A stretch of DNA of 64,000 nucleotides from the human T2T-CHM13v2.0 reference genome, Homo sapiens. Within the stretch, counting starts at the first letter, position 1. Each line of letters begins with the position of its first letter. This document shows positions 13,469 through 32,158 of the stretch, one piece after another. A model generated the notes under the pieces. It ran no database searches. It was not told the origin of the DNA and saw only the letters and a list, made by a program, of their open reading frames with translations. The stretch lies in the NCBI RefSeq assembly GCF_009914755.1, contig NC_060929.1, one strand, 5' to 3'. Position numbers and translations under genes: made by a program.

Positions 13469-14105
13469 CTAAAAGAATTATGGGTGAAATATACAACAGT
13501 AAAGATTACAGTTTAGAATTACAGATCTTTTTATACATGATCATACATATATTTTATAGAAATAAAAATAAGTATTCATCTGTCCACATGCAAATTAATT
13601 CATGTACAAGTCAAAGAAATATAAAGCAGATACAATATTCTAAAATAATTATATGTAATTACTATGTATTTCTAATCAATTCAAAAAAGTATTTCAATAG
13701 AAATATCCAATATATATTGGGCTAAAAGTTAATATTTTAATTCACCACTTTTCTAATATAATGAATAAATATGCCTTTGAAATTAGCTATTATACTTGTT
13801 AAAAATCAAAATAAATTATTCATGATGCACAAATAAATCTGCTGAACTATAGTATATGTTGTATCTATGTGGGTGTGCATGTGTATATAAACTAACATGG
13901 GCCTCTGTATGTATTAGTGTATGTATATACAAATATATAGTCTTATAATACCATATCTAGGAATATCACTATCTTATATACCCGCCACCATTTCCAAGAG
14001 GCCATGAGGTACTCAACTTCCATATAGTTAAGAAACTTCCAATTATTTGAGGTTGTAATTTTTAGACAAAGATTTCAGCTACATCCAGTCTGTTCTTTCA
14101 TGACC

Positions 14106-14272
14106 TGTAGCATGATACAAGTCAGAGTACTAGACTCAGAGTTAGGAATCATTTTCCTACTTTCATTTCTATCACTAGTTGTGTAACTATGGGCAAAACC
14201 CTGCACTTCTCAGGGACTTAATTTACTCATCTGAAAAAATTGGCAAGTTGGACGAGGTGATCTCTAATGCCC
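14106..14272 (+). mobile_element. MIR
   Basis: Core cactagttgtgtaactatgggcaa...ttactcatctgaaaaa. Confidence 0.7.
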
Positions 14273-14797
14273 CAACTTTTTGTTTTTGCTTTAATAAATA
14301 ATCTTAATATTATGTTTACTATGTCTGTCTTTCTTGTAATTTGTCCTGTACCTGGAACTTTATAAAATTCTCTGGTACAAATTCTTTCTTCCAATAATTC
14401 TTAACTAGTCACAATATCCATACCACAGTTGCTGTTGAAACATTTTAACATCATTTTTAATTGCTAGTGTAACACAATAGTGTCACGAATAGAGACAAAA
14501 GCAGAGAGAAAAGAAATTATGTGTTGATGATCATATTTTATATTTGAAATAGACATGACACACCTTTTAAGATTTTATTAGCAACATAGTTGGAACAGGT
14601 AACCAGTCAGGTAGGTTAAAAGTATGCAATAAGTAAATAATCCTATATCTGAAACATTGGAAAATGGCTTCCTTCAACAAGAATGATGTAGCCTTCCACT
14701 ATAATTTTTTTTGCCACAGGCCATAAATTAAAAAATAAATAACACTAATGAACCAAAATAGCCAACAGTTAGCAATGAATAAAGAAAAATGGCATAC

Positions 14798-14862
14798 CTA
14801 ATAATCGAAGGACCATAAATTGTATTCCCAAGGCTAGGGACCGTTGTCTGTGATTAACACAC
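14798..14862 (-). CDS. SLCO4C1: SLCO4C1 coding exon (probable exon 11), (R)CVNHRQRSLALGIQFMVLRLL(G)
   Basis: 65 nt. OATP RSLALGIQ...R motif. Acceptor atttccag, donor G|gtatgc. Confidence 0.96.
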
Positions 14863-15129
14863 CTGGAAATATTAAATATATATGAGACCAAAAAAGGTGG
14901 TATAGTATATTCACTCTTTGAGCAAGTTCACATTTATAAGAGTTTAGCATTCCTATATTAAAGTAAATGTTGTAAACGCAAAATAATGCATTTGTAAGAG
15001 CTTATAAATGGTTTAATCTTCCTGGGATTATAAAAGAAGAAAAATGTTATCTGACCTAAAATATTGCAAATAACACCAAAGAGTCACTAGTCTTTATTAA
15101 TTTTAATAAATGTAAAGAGAAAGGGTATT

Positions 15130-15875
15130 CATTAACAAGACATATTTTCCATAAAAGTCATCAATAAATTATGTATAGAAGGAGTGTACCTCAATATAAT
15201 AGAGCCCAAATATAACAAATCCACAGCTAACATCATACTCAATGGTGAATACCTGAAAGCCTTTCCTCTAAGATGAAGAACAGGACAAGGATGCCCACTC
15301 TCATGAATTCTATTCGGCATAGTACTAAAAGTCCTATCCAGAGTAAGTAGGCAAGAAAAATAAAAGGTATCCAAATTGGGAAGTAAAAGGTAAGATTATC
15401 TCTGTGAAGATGACATGGTCATATATGTAGAAAACACTAAAGATCCTGCCAAAAAAGCACTACAACTAGCAGATGAATTTAGTAAAGTTTTAGCATACAA
15501 AATCATAATACAAAAATCAGCTGCACTTCTATACACCAACAATGAACAAAAGAAATCAAGTAAACAACAAAATTTACAATAGCATTGAAAAAAAAATACT
15601 TAGGAATAAAGTTAACCAAAGAGGTAAAATACTTGTACACTGAAAGCTATAAAACACTGATGAAAGAAATTGAAGAAGCCACAAATAAATGGAAAGCTAT
15701 CCCTTGTTTATGAATTGGAGGAATAAATATTTTAAAATATTTATCCTACATCAAGTGATCTACAGAATTCAGTGTAATTTCCATCAAAATTCCAAGAGCA
15801 TCTTTCACAGAAATTGAAAAAACAATCCTAAAATTCATATGGAATGACAAAAAATCCAGAATAGCTAAAACAGCC
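15130..15875 (+). mobile_element. L1 ORF2 (reverse transcriptase region) fragment
   Basis: acagctaacatcatactcaatggtgaa...aggacaaggatgcccactc...gatgacatg (degenerate FADD region). Confidence 0.9.
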
Positions 15876-20710
<4,835 letters not shown>

Positions 20711-21331
20711 CAGTAAAAAAAGAAAATGTAGTGAGTAAATACTAAGGAACAAAAAAAGAAAAAAGCTATAATTCATTAGGAAAGATATACAAAGACTGAT
20801 GACTCTATGGAAGGACAGGTATGAAATGTACAAGTATGGAATGTGTTTGTGCAGTGGGATACAAGGAGGAAGAGCAACTGGAAACATAAAACACAGGTGA
20901 ACAACACAGGTAATAGCCAGTTTCTTATTGATTAGCACTGCTTAAGGAAGATTTAACGTCACAGTGCCTAATGCATAAGGTAGAATGCATGCCATTCTGA
21001 TTCTGGCATATTGGAATGCATTTTATTTCTATGATACTCAAAACTGAACGTTTCTCCAGCTCACACCTGAAGCTTCATGAAAGAAGCAGAGAAAACACCA
21101 AGCACAAGCCAGGCAGGCAATGTGAAGACACTTTCACCTGCATATCATTTAAATCTCCTACATCTGGGGTTCTACAGAGGAGCTTGTCCAATGCCACAGA
21201 ACTAATGATCTTGTAAGGGCTGATTGGTATTGAACCAATGGTCAATATGAACCCCAAATGAACCCCGAGTCCATTTGTTTTCCATCAACATGTTGCCTTA
21301 GGGAATGAAAATTTCTCAACGTGCTACATAC

Positions 21332-21522
21332 CTTAGGATAGACACAGTTATAGGAGTACCGGCCATAAAGGTAAAAATAATTACAATAAAGAAAATGCAA
21401 AGGAATATGGGCAGTTTCGCACAATGAGTTTCACATTTTCCAGCTTTAGCTTCAAAACCAAAAGTTTCTGCAGTGGATGTTATTTCTGTTTTCCTTTCAA
21501 TACAGGAACAGTTGTAATATAC
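21332..21522 (-). CDS. SLCO4C1: SLCO4C1 coding exon (probable exon 10), VYYNCSCIER...MAGTPITVSIL(R)
   Basis: 191 nt. YxNCSC and AGKC motifs. Acceptor atttttag, donor AG|gtatgt. Confidence 0.96.
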
Positions 21523-23210
21523 CTAAAAATATTAGACATAAAAACAATGAAAGTGATCATTTAGAAAATAAATTATTGTAAATTAGGTATTCTCTAGACA
21601 TGGCAAACACTCTCATACTGTCTTAATCCATATTCAACAAATTATGCTGAGAGAATATTTAACCCTTAAGAAATTAAGCAAGTGGAAACAAACCATATTT
21701 ATGATGTGGAATTATCTGTATTTGACTTTTGTGGCCATTACTTCAGTTTGTAACCTGCTACAGTGATTATTGACTTACAAAACAATTTAATGGGAATATA
21801 AGTTACATGACCTTGCACATTCTACACTTCTTTCAACAGTAATTATTTCTTAAAGTCATTTTACATCTCAACTCCATCCTTCCATATCCTTTATCCTTAC
21901 TATAAATCTTTTTTAGACATTAAGGCCTCAACGAATCAGAGCAGAGCCAGAGAAATCAAAGAGAAGCAGTGCTTTCATTGTTCCAAAGGCCAGAAACTTT
22001 TTTTTTTTTTTTTTTTTTTGGTGCTAAAGCCATTCTAAGACCACTGGTACCAATTCAGGAAAACCAAATATGCAGATGACACCTCCAAAATTGACTATTA
22101 CATATTCAGCAATCAGATATATCAAATAATGAGGTAATTCAGCCTTTAAAAATTTTAAGGAGAGAAACTGAGAACAGTATTTTCTATCCTAATGAAACTT
22201 TACCACTCTCATTTGCCTGCAATATAGCAGTTAGTCAAGGTCAGATTTTGTAGTTTGGGTCACTGGTGTGAAATATAAGATTAAAACTGTATTGCTGTGA
22301 ACAAATGTATATGGGTGCTTATTAAAAGTATTATAAATGTATATTGCCTATCTGAAATATTTCATAAGAAAAATATTGTGGATCAATTGATTATTTCATG
22401 GACTGATTGGACATAAAAAAGTCAGGACAAATAGAAAATTTGCAAGTCAAAATCATTTGCTCTTCCTAAAAAATTCTAGAAGACAACTTGCTGTGTAAGA
22501 TAGTAATTATCTTAGCATTTGGTGAAAAATATAAATATTAAATTAACCATATCGAAATAACAAAAACTATTTTAAGTATGCTCTGGGTATTAGATTTTCT
22601 GTGTTGTTCCCTTGTGCAGGATGGTATTTGTGTCTATATATATTTAGTTATGTGACTAAAACCCTTCCTAATAACTCCTTGTCATAATCTGCTTCTAATC
22701 AAAGTTAGTCAATAGCATTTATTGGTCATATATACAGAAAAAAATTCAAATATTCAAAATTGTCATATAACTCTTACACATCTTATTCATTGTTTTCTTT
22801 TATACCACAGTATATATTTCCCTTAGATCCTTTTAAAGTTATCACATTATCTACCAATGCATACTATACTGCATACTACTCATAATCTGAATATTATTTA
22901 TTTCCAAGGTTCTTAAGTTTAGCTAAGATGAAATATTTAGTTTCTAAGATATAGTACAGTAAAATTGTACTGAGTTCTTTTAAACTATTTAACTGTACAG
23001 AAAAGAAATAACATCTAGGCACACTGATTAGTATTCAGATCCAGAATTAAATATGAATTTGTATTTAAAAATAAATTGATTTGAATATTTTAAGTGTATT
23101 CATGGTACATCAAATAAAACAAATACTAAGTTTCTATTATATAAACTGTACCTAGTGAAAATAGGAAAACTCTCTTGCCTTCAAAGATCTTAAATAGTTA
23201 GGGAAAAATA

Positions 23211-23446
23211 AAATTGACCCTTGAACAACACAGGTTTGAACTGCACTGCTCCACTTACATGCGGATTTTTTTTTTCAGCTAAACATGGATCAAAAATACA
23301 GTATTCGCAGGATGCAAAACCCATATATACTGAGGTGCTGACTTAAAGCGAGTTCTTCAAGGCCATCGGCAGGACTTAAGTATGGCATATTTGGGTATAT
23401 GCAGGGGTCCGGGAACCCATCCCCCATGTATTGTGAGGGATGACTA
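23211..23446 (-). mobile_element. MER8 (TcMar-Tigger) DNA transposon
   Basis: ttgacccttgaacaacacaggtttgaactg...gggaacccatccccc...gagggatgact. Confidence 0.8.
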
Positions 23447-23715
23447 TAAAACAATTTGAAAAGGTAAAAGATATTTCATAACTGCAACAAAGTGATGTTA
23501 CTAAAATGTTTGTAACTTCCAAATTGATTTTTCAACAATAACTGCAAGAGGCATGAAGGAAAAAGAATCTATTTCAGCTGGAGACATCATGGGCTGCTTA
23601 ACGGAGGCAATGGAGCAGGAAGGCAAGAATAGGCATTGCATAACCCCATTAGAGAAGTCAAGATAATCCACAAACATATTGCCTCATTAAGGGAAAAGTA
23701 GGAGACATAAGCTAC

Positions 23716-23866
23716 CTTTGGCTTCCTGTGTGCAACTGGGTTTGAACAGCCTGCAAAGCAGGGAGAAAAATATTGGACTCCATCTCCACAGACAGGATAA
23801 TAATATGATCGCGAACAGTTACAATTGGCATTACAAGGGGCTATCAAGTTTCCCAATTCTCCAGTC
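23716..23866 (-). CDS. SLCO4C1: SLCO4C1 coding exon (probable exon 9), Kazal-like extracellular loop CNANCNC...YYPVCGDGVQYFSPCFAGC
   Basis: 151 nt. Cysteine pattern typical of the OATP Kazal-like domain. Acceptor atttacag, donor AAG|gtagct. Confidence 0.97.
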
Positions 23867-24124
23867 CTGTAAATAAGAAATGAAAGAAGGGTAAATGATC
23901 TGTCATAACTTTTAACTAACAATTTCGAAGCACTGTTATATCTTACCATTAGGTCATTTATTCACTCACTCAACACATAATTACTAAACAAATAAAACGT
24001 CTTCCTTTGCACATAAAGTTTAACTTCTTGTCGGAGAGAGGCAATAAAAACAATAGTCATATAGTATAGTATCTGTCAGTAATTTAAAATAAAAGGCAGA
24101 ATAAGTGAAGAAGACAAGAGTTTC

Positions 24125-24272
24125 CCATCTGGCACCAGGTAATTCTCTTGTGGGGTTGGTTCTATGGACTATAGAATGTTTAGCAGCTTCTCTGACTTCC
24201 ACCAGATACCAGTAGCACTCTCCTTCATTACAGCAACCAAAATATCTCCATACAGTGCCAAATATGTCCAGG
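24125..24272 (+). mobile_element. MER20 (hAT-Charlie) fragment
   Basis: agaatgtttagcagc...agataccagtagcac...caaccaaaatatctccatacagtgccaaat. Confidence 0.75.
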
Positions 24273-24785
24273 ATGCAGACAATATTTTAAACTTGGAAGG
24301 ATGAACAAAATCATGCTGTTGAACATAATCATCTCATCAATGGGAAAACTGAGGTCCAGGGAGATTAAGTTACTTTTCTTTCCTTACCAAATATAATTTT
24401 CCCAGTCCCCAGGCTCAGTGTCATTGCAAGCTGCCTCTTAGAGAAAACATCTTCCCTAATATAAAGGGTTACACTAATCAAAAATGCATCCCTTATACCT
24501 CATTTATTTATTCATTCAAACAACATATATTGAGCAACTGCTAGACCCTATGCTGGGTAACGGGAATACAAAGCCGAATAAGACAGTCTCTGCCCTCAAG
24601 GATTTCACAGTTTAGAAGTAGAGAGGGACTTAGATAATTATTCAGTAATATGCTAAGTGTGGTTACAGATATCAGCAAAGTGCCTTTTAGAAGCACCAAG
24701 GAAGGACACCTAACACAAGCCAAAGTTTAGAGAAAAGGGGCTGGAGGAGCTACTGCCTGAGATGCGATTTAAAAAATGAGTAAGA

Positions 24786-25088
24786 GGCTGGTGCGGTGGC
24801 TTACACCTGTAATCCCAGCACTTTGGGATGCCAAAGCGGGTGGATCACTTGAGGTCAGGAATTTGAGACCAGCCTGGCCAACATGATGAAACTCATCTCT
24901 ACTAAAAATACAAAAATTAGCTGGGCATGGTGGCAGGCACCTGTAGTCCCAGTTCTCGGGAGGCTGAGGCAGGAGAATCTCTTGAACCCACGAGGCAGAC
25001 GTTTCAATGAGCCAAGATTGCGCCACTGCACTCCAGCCTGGGCAACAGAGTGAGACTCCATAAAAAAAAAATCGTAAAAAATATATAA
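24786..25088 (+). mobile_element. Alu (AluS-like)
   Basis: Full dimer; flanking duplication aatgagta. Confidence 0.95.
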
Positions 25089-25553
25089 AGAATGAGTACA
25101 AGTAAGCCAGTCAAATGGGGAAGGGGAAACGTACTTCAGAAAAAGCTGGTACAAAGGCATAGGGTAGAGAAACAGCATCCTCTGTGGAGAAATATGAATG
25201 ATGTCTGAGGCACAGAGTGATGGGAAATGTAGCTGGACAGGAGTAAAGGACCAGTTTAATTGAGAGCCACATGGGCCTGACAAAAGGTAATCGTTAAGGT
25301 ATTTTTAGAATGGAAAGTGACACTGTCAAAAGTTCGTTTTAAAGAAGTAATTCTAGGAGTTGTACAGAGTATGAATTTGAAGAAAGGGGACCAGTTACAA
25401 TACCCTAGACAGTAGGTGATGACAATATAAAGGAGAGCTAAGATAGAACATATGATGATAGGAAGCAGATTAAAGAAAACTTTTGGATGTAGAATCAGTA
25501 AGATTTGGTGATGGATTGGTTGAAGATGACTCTTCCTGTTAAAAATGGAAGAG

Positions 25554-25680
25554 GCTACTCAAGAGGCTTAGGCAGAAAAATCACTTGAGCCCAGGAGTTT
25601 GAGGCTGCAGTGAGTTATGATTGTGCCACTACACTCTAGCCTGGGCAACAGAGTGAGATCCCATTTCCAAAAAAAAAAAG
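25554..25680 (+). mobile_element. Alu monomer or 5'-truncated right arm
   Basis: gctactcaagaggct...gcaacagagtgagatccc plus poly-A. TSD aatggaagag at 25544-25553 and 25681-25690. Confidence 0.88.
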
Positions 25681-26034
25681 AATGGAAGAGTCAAAGGTGA
25701 CTCCTAATATCTAACCTGGTGTTTAGGTACAGGAGAACAATGATGAGTATGGTATTGTAAGTAATAAGATTAAGAGTATCTCCAATTTGGTGGAGAAGAA
25801 ATCTTGAATGGAGCTAGATTTCTTAATAACCATTTGGACATAGATGTAGCTGAAACCACGAACATTTATAAGATCAGTCATATAGTGTATGGAATGAGAA
25901 GGGTACTGAAGTCTTGGGAGTCCACTTATTTAATAAAGACACAATGGACACCAATTATGTGCTAGACTACTCAAGGTGGTAGAATTATATTTAAAAGAAA
26001 GAAGGAGCTAGAGTTAGAACTAGAAATGACAGAT

Positions 26035-26245
26035 TGAGGGAGAGAGAGAAATGGATAGAAGGAACGGAATGAGGGAGTGAAGGAGAAAAGGAGAAAGAGG
26101 GAGGGAGAGGGAAGAAGGAAGGGAGAAAAGCGAGAAGGAAGGGAAACGGGGAAAGAAGGAAGGGAAGAAGGGAGGAAGGGAAGGGAAAGAGATAAGGAAA
26201 GGGAAAGAAGGAAAAGGAAGGGAAGAAGGGAGGGAGGAGGAGAAG
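26035..26245. repeat. GA-rich low-complexity tract (GGAA/GGGAA)
   Basis: Nearly pure purine on the plus strand. Confidence 0.9.
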
Positions 26246-27424
26246 CAAACCTCTGCCACCATGAAGCTAACTTCCTTGCATCAGGGGTCAAACACAGTAA
26301 ATGAGTGATTTCTGTAAGTATTAGAAGATAATCGACACTGTGTTGGAAAATGATGACATACAAAGTAGGCGGAGAACAAGAAAGTCATGAAGAAAACAAA
26401 TTAAAGAGAAAAAAATGACTAAATCAGTAGGGAGTCTGAAGGAAAGAGTGATCAAGATAGTAATCTGCCACTCTGCCTGCAGTCTCATCTTATTCAAATC
26501 TATTCCACAGATGCTGCCAGATTTATCTTTATCAAGTATGATGATAATATCAAGGGTTGATCACATTCACAAAAGCCATCACCAGAGTGTCCGCTCACAG
26601 AGCTCATAACATAGATGCAGAAATAAGACAACCAGAGAAAAACCATCCCTGCAACTCTAGAAATAGCCTTTACACAGCAATTTTTAAAGTTCCCAATATA
26701 TAATTCTCATGTTATTGATAAATAATTACTGAGATCATACAAAGTATAAGACAGCATGATGCAAATTATAGTATTAACAAAGAAATATAGCTTATATTCC
26801 TTAATATCAAGGGGTGGTCACATTAGTCTACATATTTTACAAAGGTTTACTTCTTGAGGTAACTAGAAAGCTATTAGTAGAAAAACGGCAGATGCTTGTG
26901 AAGTTTATTAAATTTTCTTAGTGTATACATATTTAAAAATATTAAAATATCCTATTTTGAAATGTTTAATAGATTTAAAATATAATAAAATAAATGTGCA
27001 TATATAAACATCTTTATGTTTGCCACAAGTAGAATTCAAACATTAATTTCTTAAATACAAAGTATTCTATAATTATGCCTCTATAACAGGCTAAAATTTC
27101 CCTAAAACTATTGCAAAATATTGATATGCCTCTTTAAGATGCTATTTCATATAATCAATAAAATTCTAGCTAAAGATCAGATACAGAAAAAAATACTGTG
27201 TGTATACACTATGGTATTTCTATATTCTATGAGGTTTTAAGTAAAACATGAATCATCATTACCACCACTGATCACCAAAATAAGACTCAAAGTTCCTATA
27301 GATTGTCAAGGCAACAAAAGAGCAGTGGGGAACAGTGGGAAAATAAACAGTATTCATGCAATCGAATTTAGTATTGTGCCCAATTAAAGATTTAATAATA
27401 AATTACTTTAAAATATTATTGAAA

Positions 27425-28025
<601 letters not shown>

Positions 28026-28288
28026 TTATTTATATATATATATCCCCTGATCTTACATTTTTTGGAAATGCTGTTATATTAAACAGGGACTTTCAAAGAA
28101 CATATCAATGAACCTAATTCATTAATTCATGGATGCAAAATCTCTTTTTACCCATCTGTGCTTACCATGGCAAAAGTCAAAGATTCTTTGCACCCCTCTA
28201 CTAGAAACCCTACATCCTCAGAACCTCTTCTGTCTCTCACTCCCTGAAAAGGTATTTCTTGAGCTTCTTAGTCTGTTCTTTCCATAGA

Positions 28289-28977
28289 CAGGCTTACCTA
28301 GCTTTACTTTACTTTGTTTTATTGTACTTTGCAAATCTTGTGTTTTTTACAAACTGAAGGTTAGTGGCAACCTAGTGATAGTGATAGTATTCAGTAAGTC
28401 TATCAAGTGCCATTTTTCCCAGAGTACACGATCAGTTTATGTCTATTTCATATTTTGGTAACCTTGCAAAATTTCAAACTTTTTCATTATCATTTCTGTT
28501 ATGGTGATCAGTGATTTTTGATGTACTATAATAATTGTTTCAGGACACCATGAACCATGCCCCTTTAAGAAGTAAAATTTAATCAATGAATGATGTGTGT
28601 GTTCTGACTGCTCATTATTGTCTTATTTTAAGAAGCTGCCACAACTACCCCAACCTTTGGCAACCACCACCCTGGTCAGTCAGCAGCCATCAACACTGAG
28701 GCAAGACTCTCTACCAGCAAAAAAATTACAACTTGCTGAAGGCTCAGATGATTGTCAGCATGTTTCAGCAATAAATAATTTTTAAATTAAGGTATATACA
28801 TTGTACATTGCTTTTCTAGAAATAAGGTTATTGTATATGTAATAGACTACAGTATAGGGTAAATATAACCTTTATATGCACTGGAAAACCAAAATATCCA
28901 CTTGAGTTGCTTATTGCAATATATGCTTTATTTTGGTGGTCTGGAAGCAAACCCACAATATCCTCAACATATGCCTG
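28289..28977 (+). mobile_element. Internally deleted Tigger1 DNA transposon
   Basis: Both ends present: caggcttacct... and ...cacaatatcctcaacatatgcctg followed by TA. The transposase region is absent; junction near 28612. Confidence 0.85.
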
Positions 28978-29997
28978 TACCTTTTCTTTTATACGTGTTT
29001 CTTAGATGAGACTAGTTTGACTGACCTGTTTGTAATATACACATTTTAATACTCAGTGTATAGAAGCTAAAACTAAGAATTTGGGGCCATGAGAAAAAAA
29101 TGATCTGAAAATGTCACACCTACTTTGTGACATTAAATTCTGTTCCTATTTCTATTTATATCTATATACACACACATACATAAATATGAGTAAAAACATA
29201 TACGTTTAGTGATATTTATGTGTATTCACTTTCAGTTTTTCTCATCACTAAGAAACATGTATGTGTATTAAACACTATATCCCAGATCTTAATATATCTT
29301 AATGGCCAACCCCTACGTGAACCTCAGAATTACCCCATCACACATGCCTTCCTTTCTGATTACACACCTGGACAGCACACCTGGTAGTAACTATTATTTA
29401 AGGTAGACAATATTAAATGGATTCACATGTACTTTGTTACTCAAGGTGATAAACTATGTGTTAAACTATCCAGAACTTCCTTTTTTTTCTAAAAGGAACA
29501 TACAAAAAATGTTTACTGGGATAAGTTTGGGTGAAGTTTATAGGGGTGAAAGTCAGGTCTACACAACTTAACCTCTACCTACCTTTCAACATTCCAAAAT
29601 ATATTTCTACTATTTCTAGACACATAATCTAAGTTCCATTCAACCTGGTCTCTGAAACTAGCCTTCACATTTTATAGCATTTATAACCTTGGTTTAGCAT
29701 ATTCCCTCTCCCTTTCTCTCTTCTCAAATCTTTATTTCTCAAAACTCTTTGTATCCTTGAAGGATTTTTAAACCCCATTTCACTATTATGCTATGAAGCC
29801 CTTCTGGATTCTAATCAAATAAAATTGAAAAGCTCACCTTCTTTTCAATTCCATAGCAATTTTTTTAATCTCCCATTACCTAATTGACTATTTGTTCACT
29901 GTTTTCTTTTGCAATCTCTCCTTTAGAACAGGTATTTTGCCAAGAAGATCTGCCAGAGGAAGCATTCAACAAATGTTGAACAAATGTAATGGAGCTT

Positions 29998-30300
29998 GGC
30001 CGGGCGCGGTGGCTCACACCTGTAATCCCAGCACTTTGGGTGGCCGACCAGGCAGATCACTTGAGGTCAGAAGTTTGAGACCAACCTGGCCAACAGGGCG
30101 AAACCCCACGTCTACTAAAAATACAAAAATTAGCTGGTCATGGTGGCATGCGCCTGTAGTCCCAGCTACTCCAGAGGCTGAGACAAGAATCATTTGAATT
30201 CAGGAGGCAGATGTTGCCGTGAGCCAAGACTGTGCCACTGCACTCCAGCCTGGGTGACAGAGCAAGACTATCTGTCTAAAAAAAACAAAAAAAGAAAAAA
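29998..30300 (+). mobile_element. Alu (AluS-like)
   Basis: Full dimer; TSD aaatgt(a/g)atggagctt. Confidence 0.95.
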
Positions 30301-31187
30301 ATGTGATGGAGCTTAACTAAACACTGCTTTAGAACACTCAGCATTAATGTAAAAGAATCACAGATATATTAGCAGCAACTACAAATCATGATGATTGTCA
30401 TTGGCAAACTTTTCTGAGCAAAGTAGATTATATTTATATCATCTATATGTCATATTATACAAAATTATGGAGTCCTTGACCTAACGTACCACTTTCCTTG
30501 ACAGCCTCAAACACATGTAATGAAACAATTAAAGCAGCACTGTGAGGTATAAAATGCACTGCTGTGCAACACCCTCCTGCCTGACCACCTACTTATGGCT
30601 TAAAATTTCAAAGCAAAACAAAAAAGGAAAACAAAGAAATATAAATGGTTGAATCAGTTATAGCTAGAAACATGTCTACAGGTGAGAACAAGTTATTTAT
30701 TTATTTACAATAAACATAAACTTCTAAGTAGATACAATAATGGTAAGTATTAGCAAGGACTAGCTTTATTCTAATTTCTCTTCTTGTCTGTTTGCAACCA
30801 ACCTAATAAGATAATTTTTATCATAATTATGGAGTTATTTCCATTTCTAAAAATTTAAATCAATAAAAGCATATAATGTGAAATTCTCCCTAGGATGTGA
30901 ATCGCTTAGAGGCAAAAATCCTACAGTATTAATCTTTGTATCACTGAGGAAGTATAGTGCCCAGTATATGAAAGTTGCTCCTTAAATGTTCTTTGTATAA
31001 ATATCCCCAACTTTTAAGAAGACATCAATTATCTAAACTAAAAACAAAACCACATGTTCTTACATAGGAAAAAAGGTCTTCCAAATTTTTAAAAAGCCAA
31101 TTTCTCACCACTTAAGAAAACATATGCTTGGAAATGCTTAGTCTATTATTCTGGTATTAATATCAAAAAGCACTGAAATGTATTTAC

Positions 31188-31383
31188 CCATTATATGATT
31201 CAGATACACCAGCAAATGGCTCATTTTCACATTTGGCATACATAAATACAAAACTCAGCGTAAGTGCAACTCCAGATGTGAACAGTGCAAACTTCATTGT
31301 GTTTTTACATGTCATTCTGAATTTTGAAACAAGGAAGCCACCTAAAATTTGACCGAGAGCAGCTCCAGGAATTAAAACAGCCC
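31188..31383 (-). CDS. SLCO4C1: SLCO4C1 coding exon (probable exon 8), (G)AVLIPGAALGQILGG...FAGVSESYN(G)
   Basis: 196 nt. Acceptor cttattag, donor GG|gtaaat. Lies inside ORF 31184..31438. Confidence 0.96.
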
Positions 31384-31691
31384 CTAATAAGAAAAAAGAA
31401 TGTAGATTGTGAGAAACCATACACATATACTCACTCATACTGACAACTGGAAAACATCAAAAACAAGTGTCAATATGGTTTTAACTTATATTTATTCACC
31501 TGATATAGAAATACATGTACAAATGACTTAAAGGTCCATCAAGTAGGGAATTAGTCAAATTAATGTATTGAACATTAAGATTAATATATGTTCTCTTTAG
31601 GAATTTTAGCCTTTGTCTTTCTCTAGTTCATACAAAAGATTGCCTAATGTCAGAAAATCAGAAATTTTTACCAAAATTAAGTTTAAGTGTC

Positions 31692-31909
<218 letters not shown>

Positions 31910-32013
31910 TAGTTTAAATTTCAAGGAGGGCTACCTCAAATTATACACTATCCTCATAAAAATTTAATATAGTAAAGTAAAATTTTTAGGTTAAGATAAA
32001 GAAAATGTTTTAC

Positions 32014-32158
32014 CTCCAAGAGTAGCTGCGAAGCTGGATGTCAATCCGAATTGATTTTCTATAAATTTAGGTAAAAATGTAGCAAATCCAGTAGTAATTA
32101 AGGCTTCTGAAGAAGTTGATAGAACTAAACACATAAAGACAGCATTCTTCATCAAATT
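32014..32158 (-). CDS. SLCO4C1: SLCO4C1 coding exon (probable exon 7), NLMKNAVFMC...FLPKFIENQFGLTSSFAATLG(G)
   Basis: 145 nt. OATP motif FLPKFIENQF. Acceptor ttctttag, donor G|gtaaaa. Confidence 0.96.

Larger units (their letters stand above)
24500..25930 (-). mobile_element. L2 fragment, interrupted by two Alus
   Basis: Antisense L2 3' end cattcaaacaacatatattgagcaactgct...tctctgccctcaagga. Confidence 0.7.

Noticed and set aside
13423-13725. 100-aa plus-strand ORF overlapping probable exon 12
   Set aside because: Antisense shadow in AT-rich DNA with a non-ATG start.
21997-22019. Isolated poly-T run as a possible retrocopy tail
   Set aside because: No TSD or recognisable body. It could cause oligo-dT internal priming artefacts on the gene strand.
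24769-25283. 110-aa and 142-aa ORFs (likewise 40354..40698, 59368..59649, 31647..31967, 29892..30197)
   Set aside because: Alu-derived spurious ORFs.
25971-26363. Several overlapping ORFs rich in S/P/F/L or R/E/G/K
   Set aside because: Artefact of the GA-rich low-complexity tract, which lacks stop codons.
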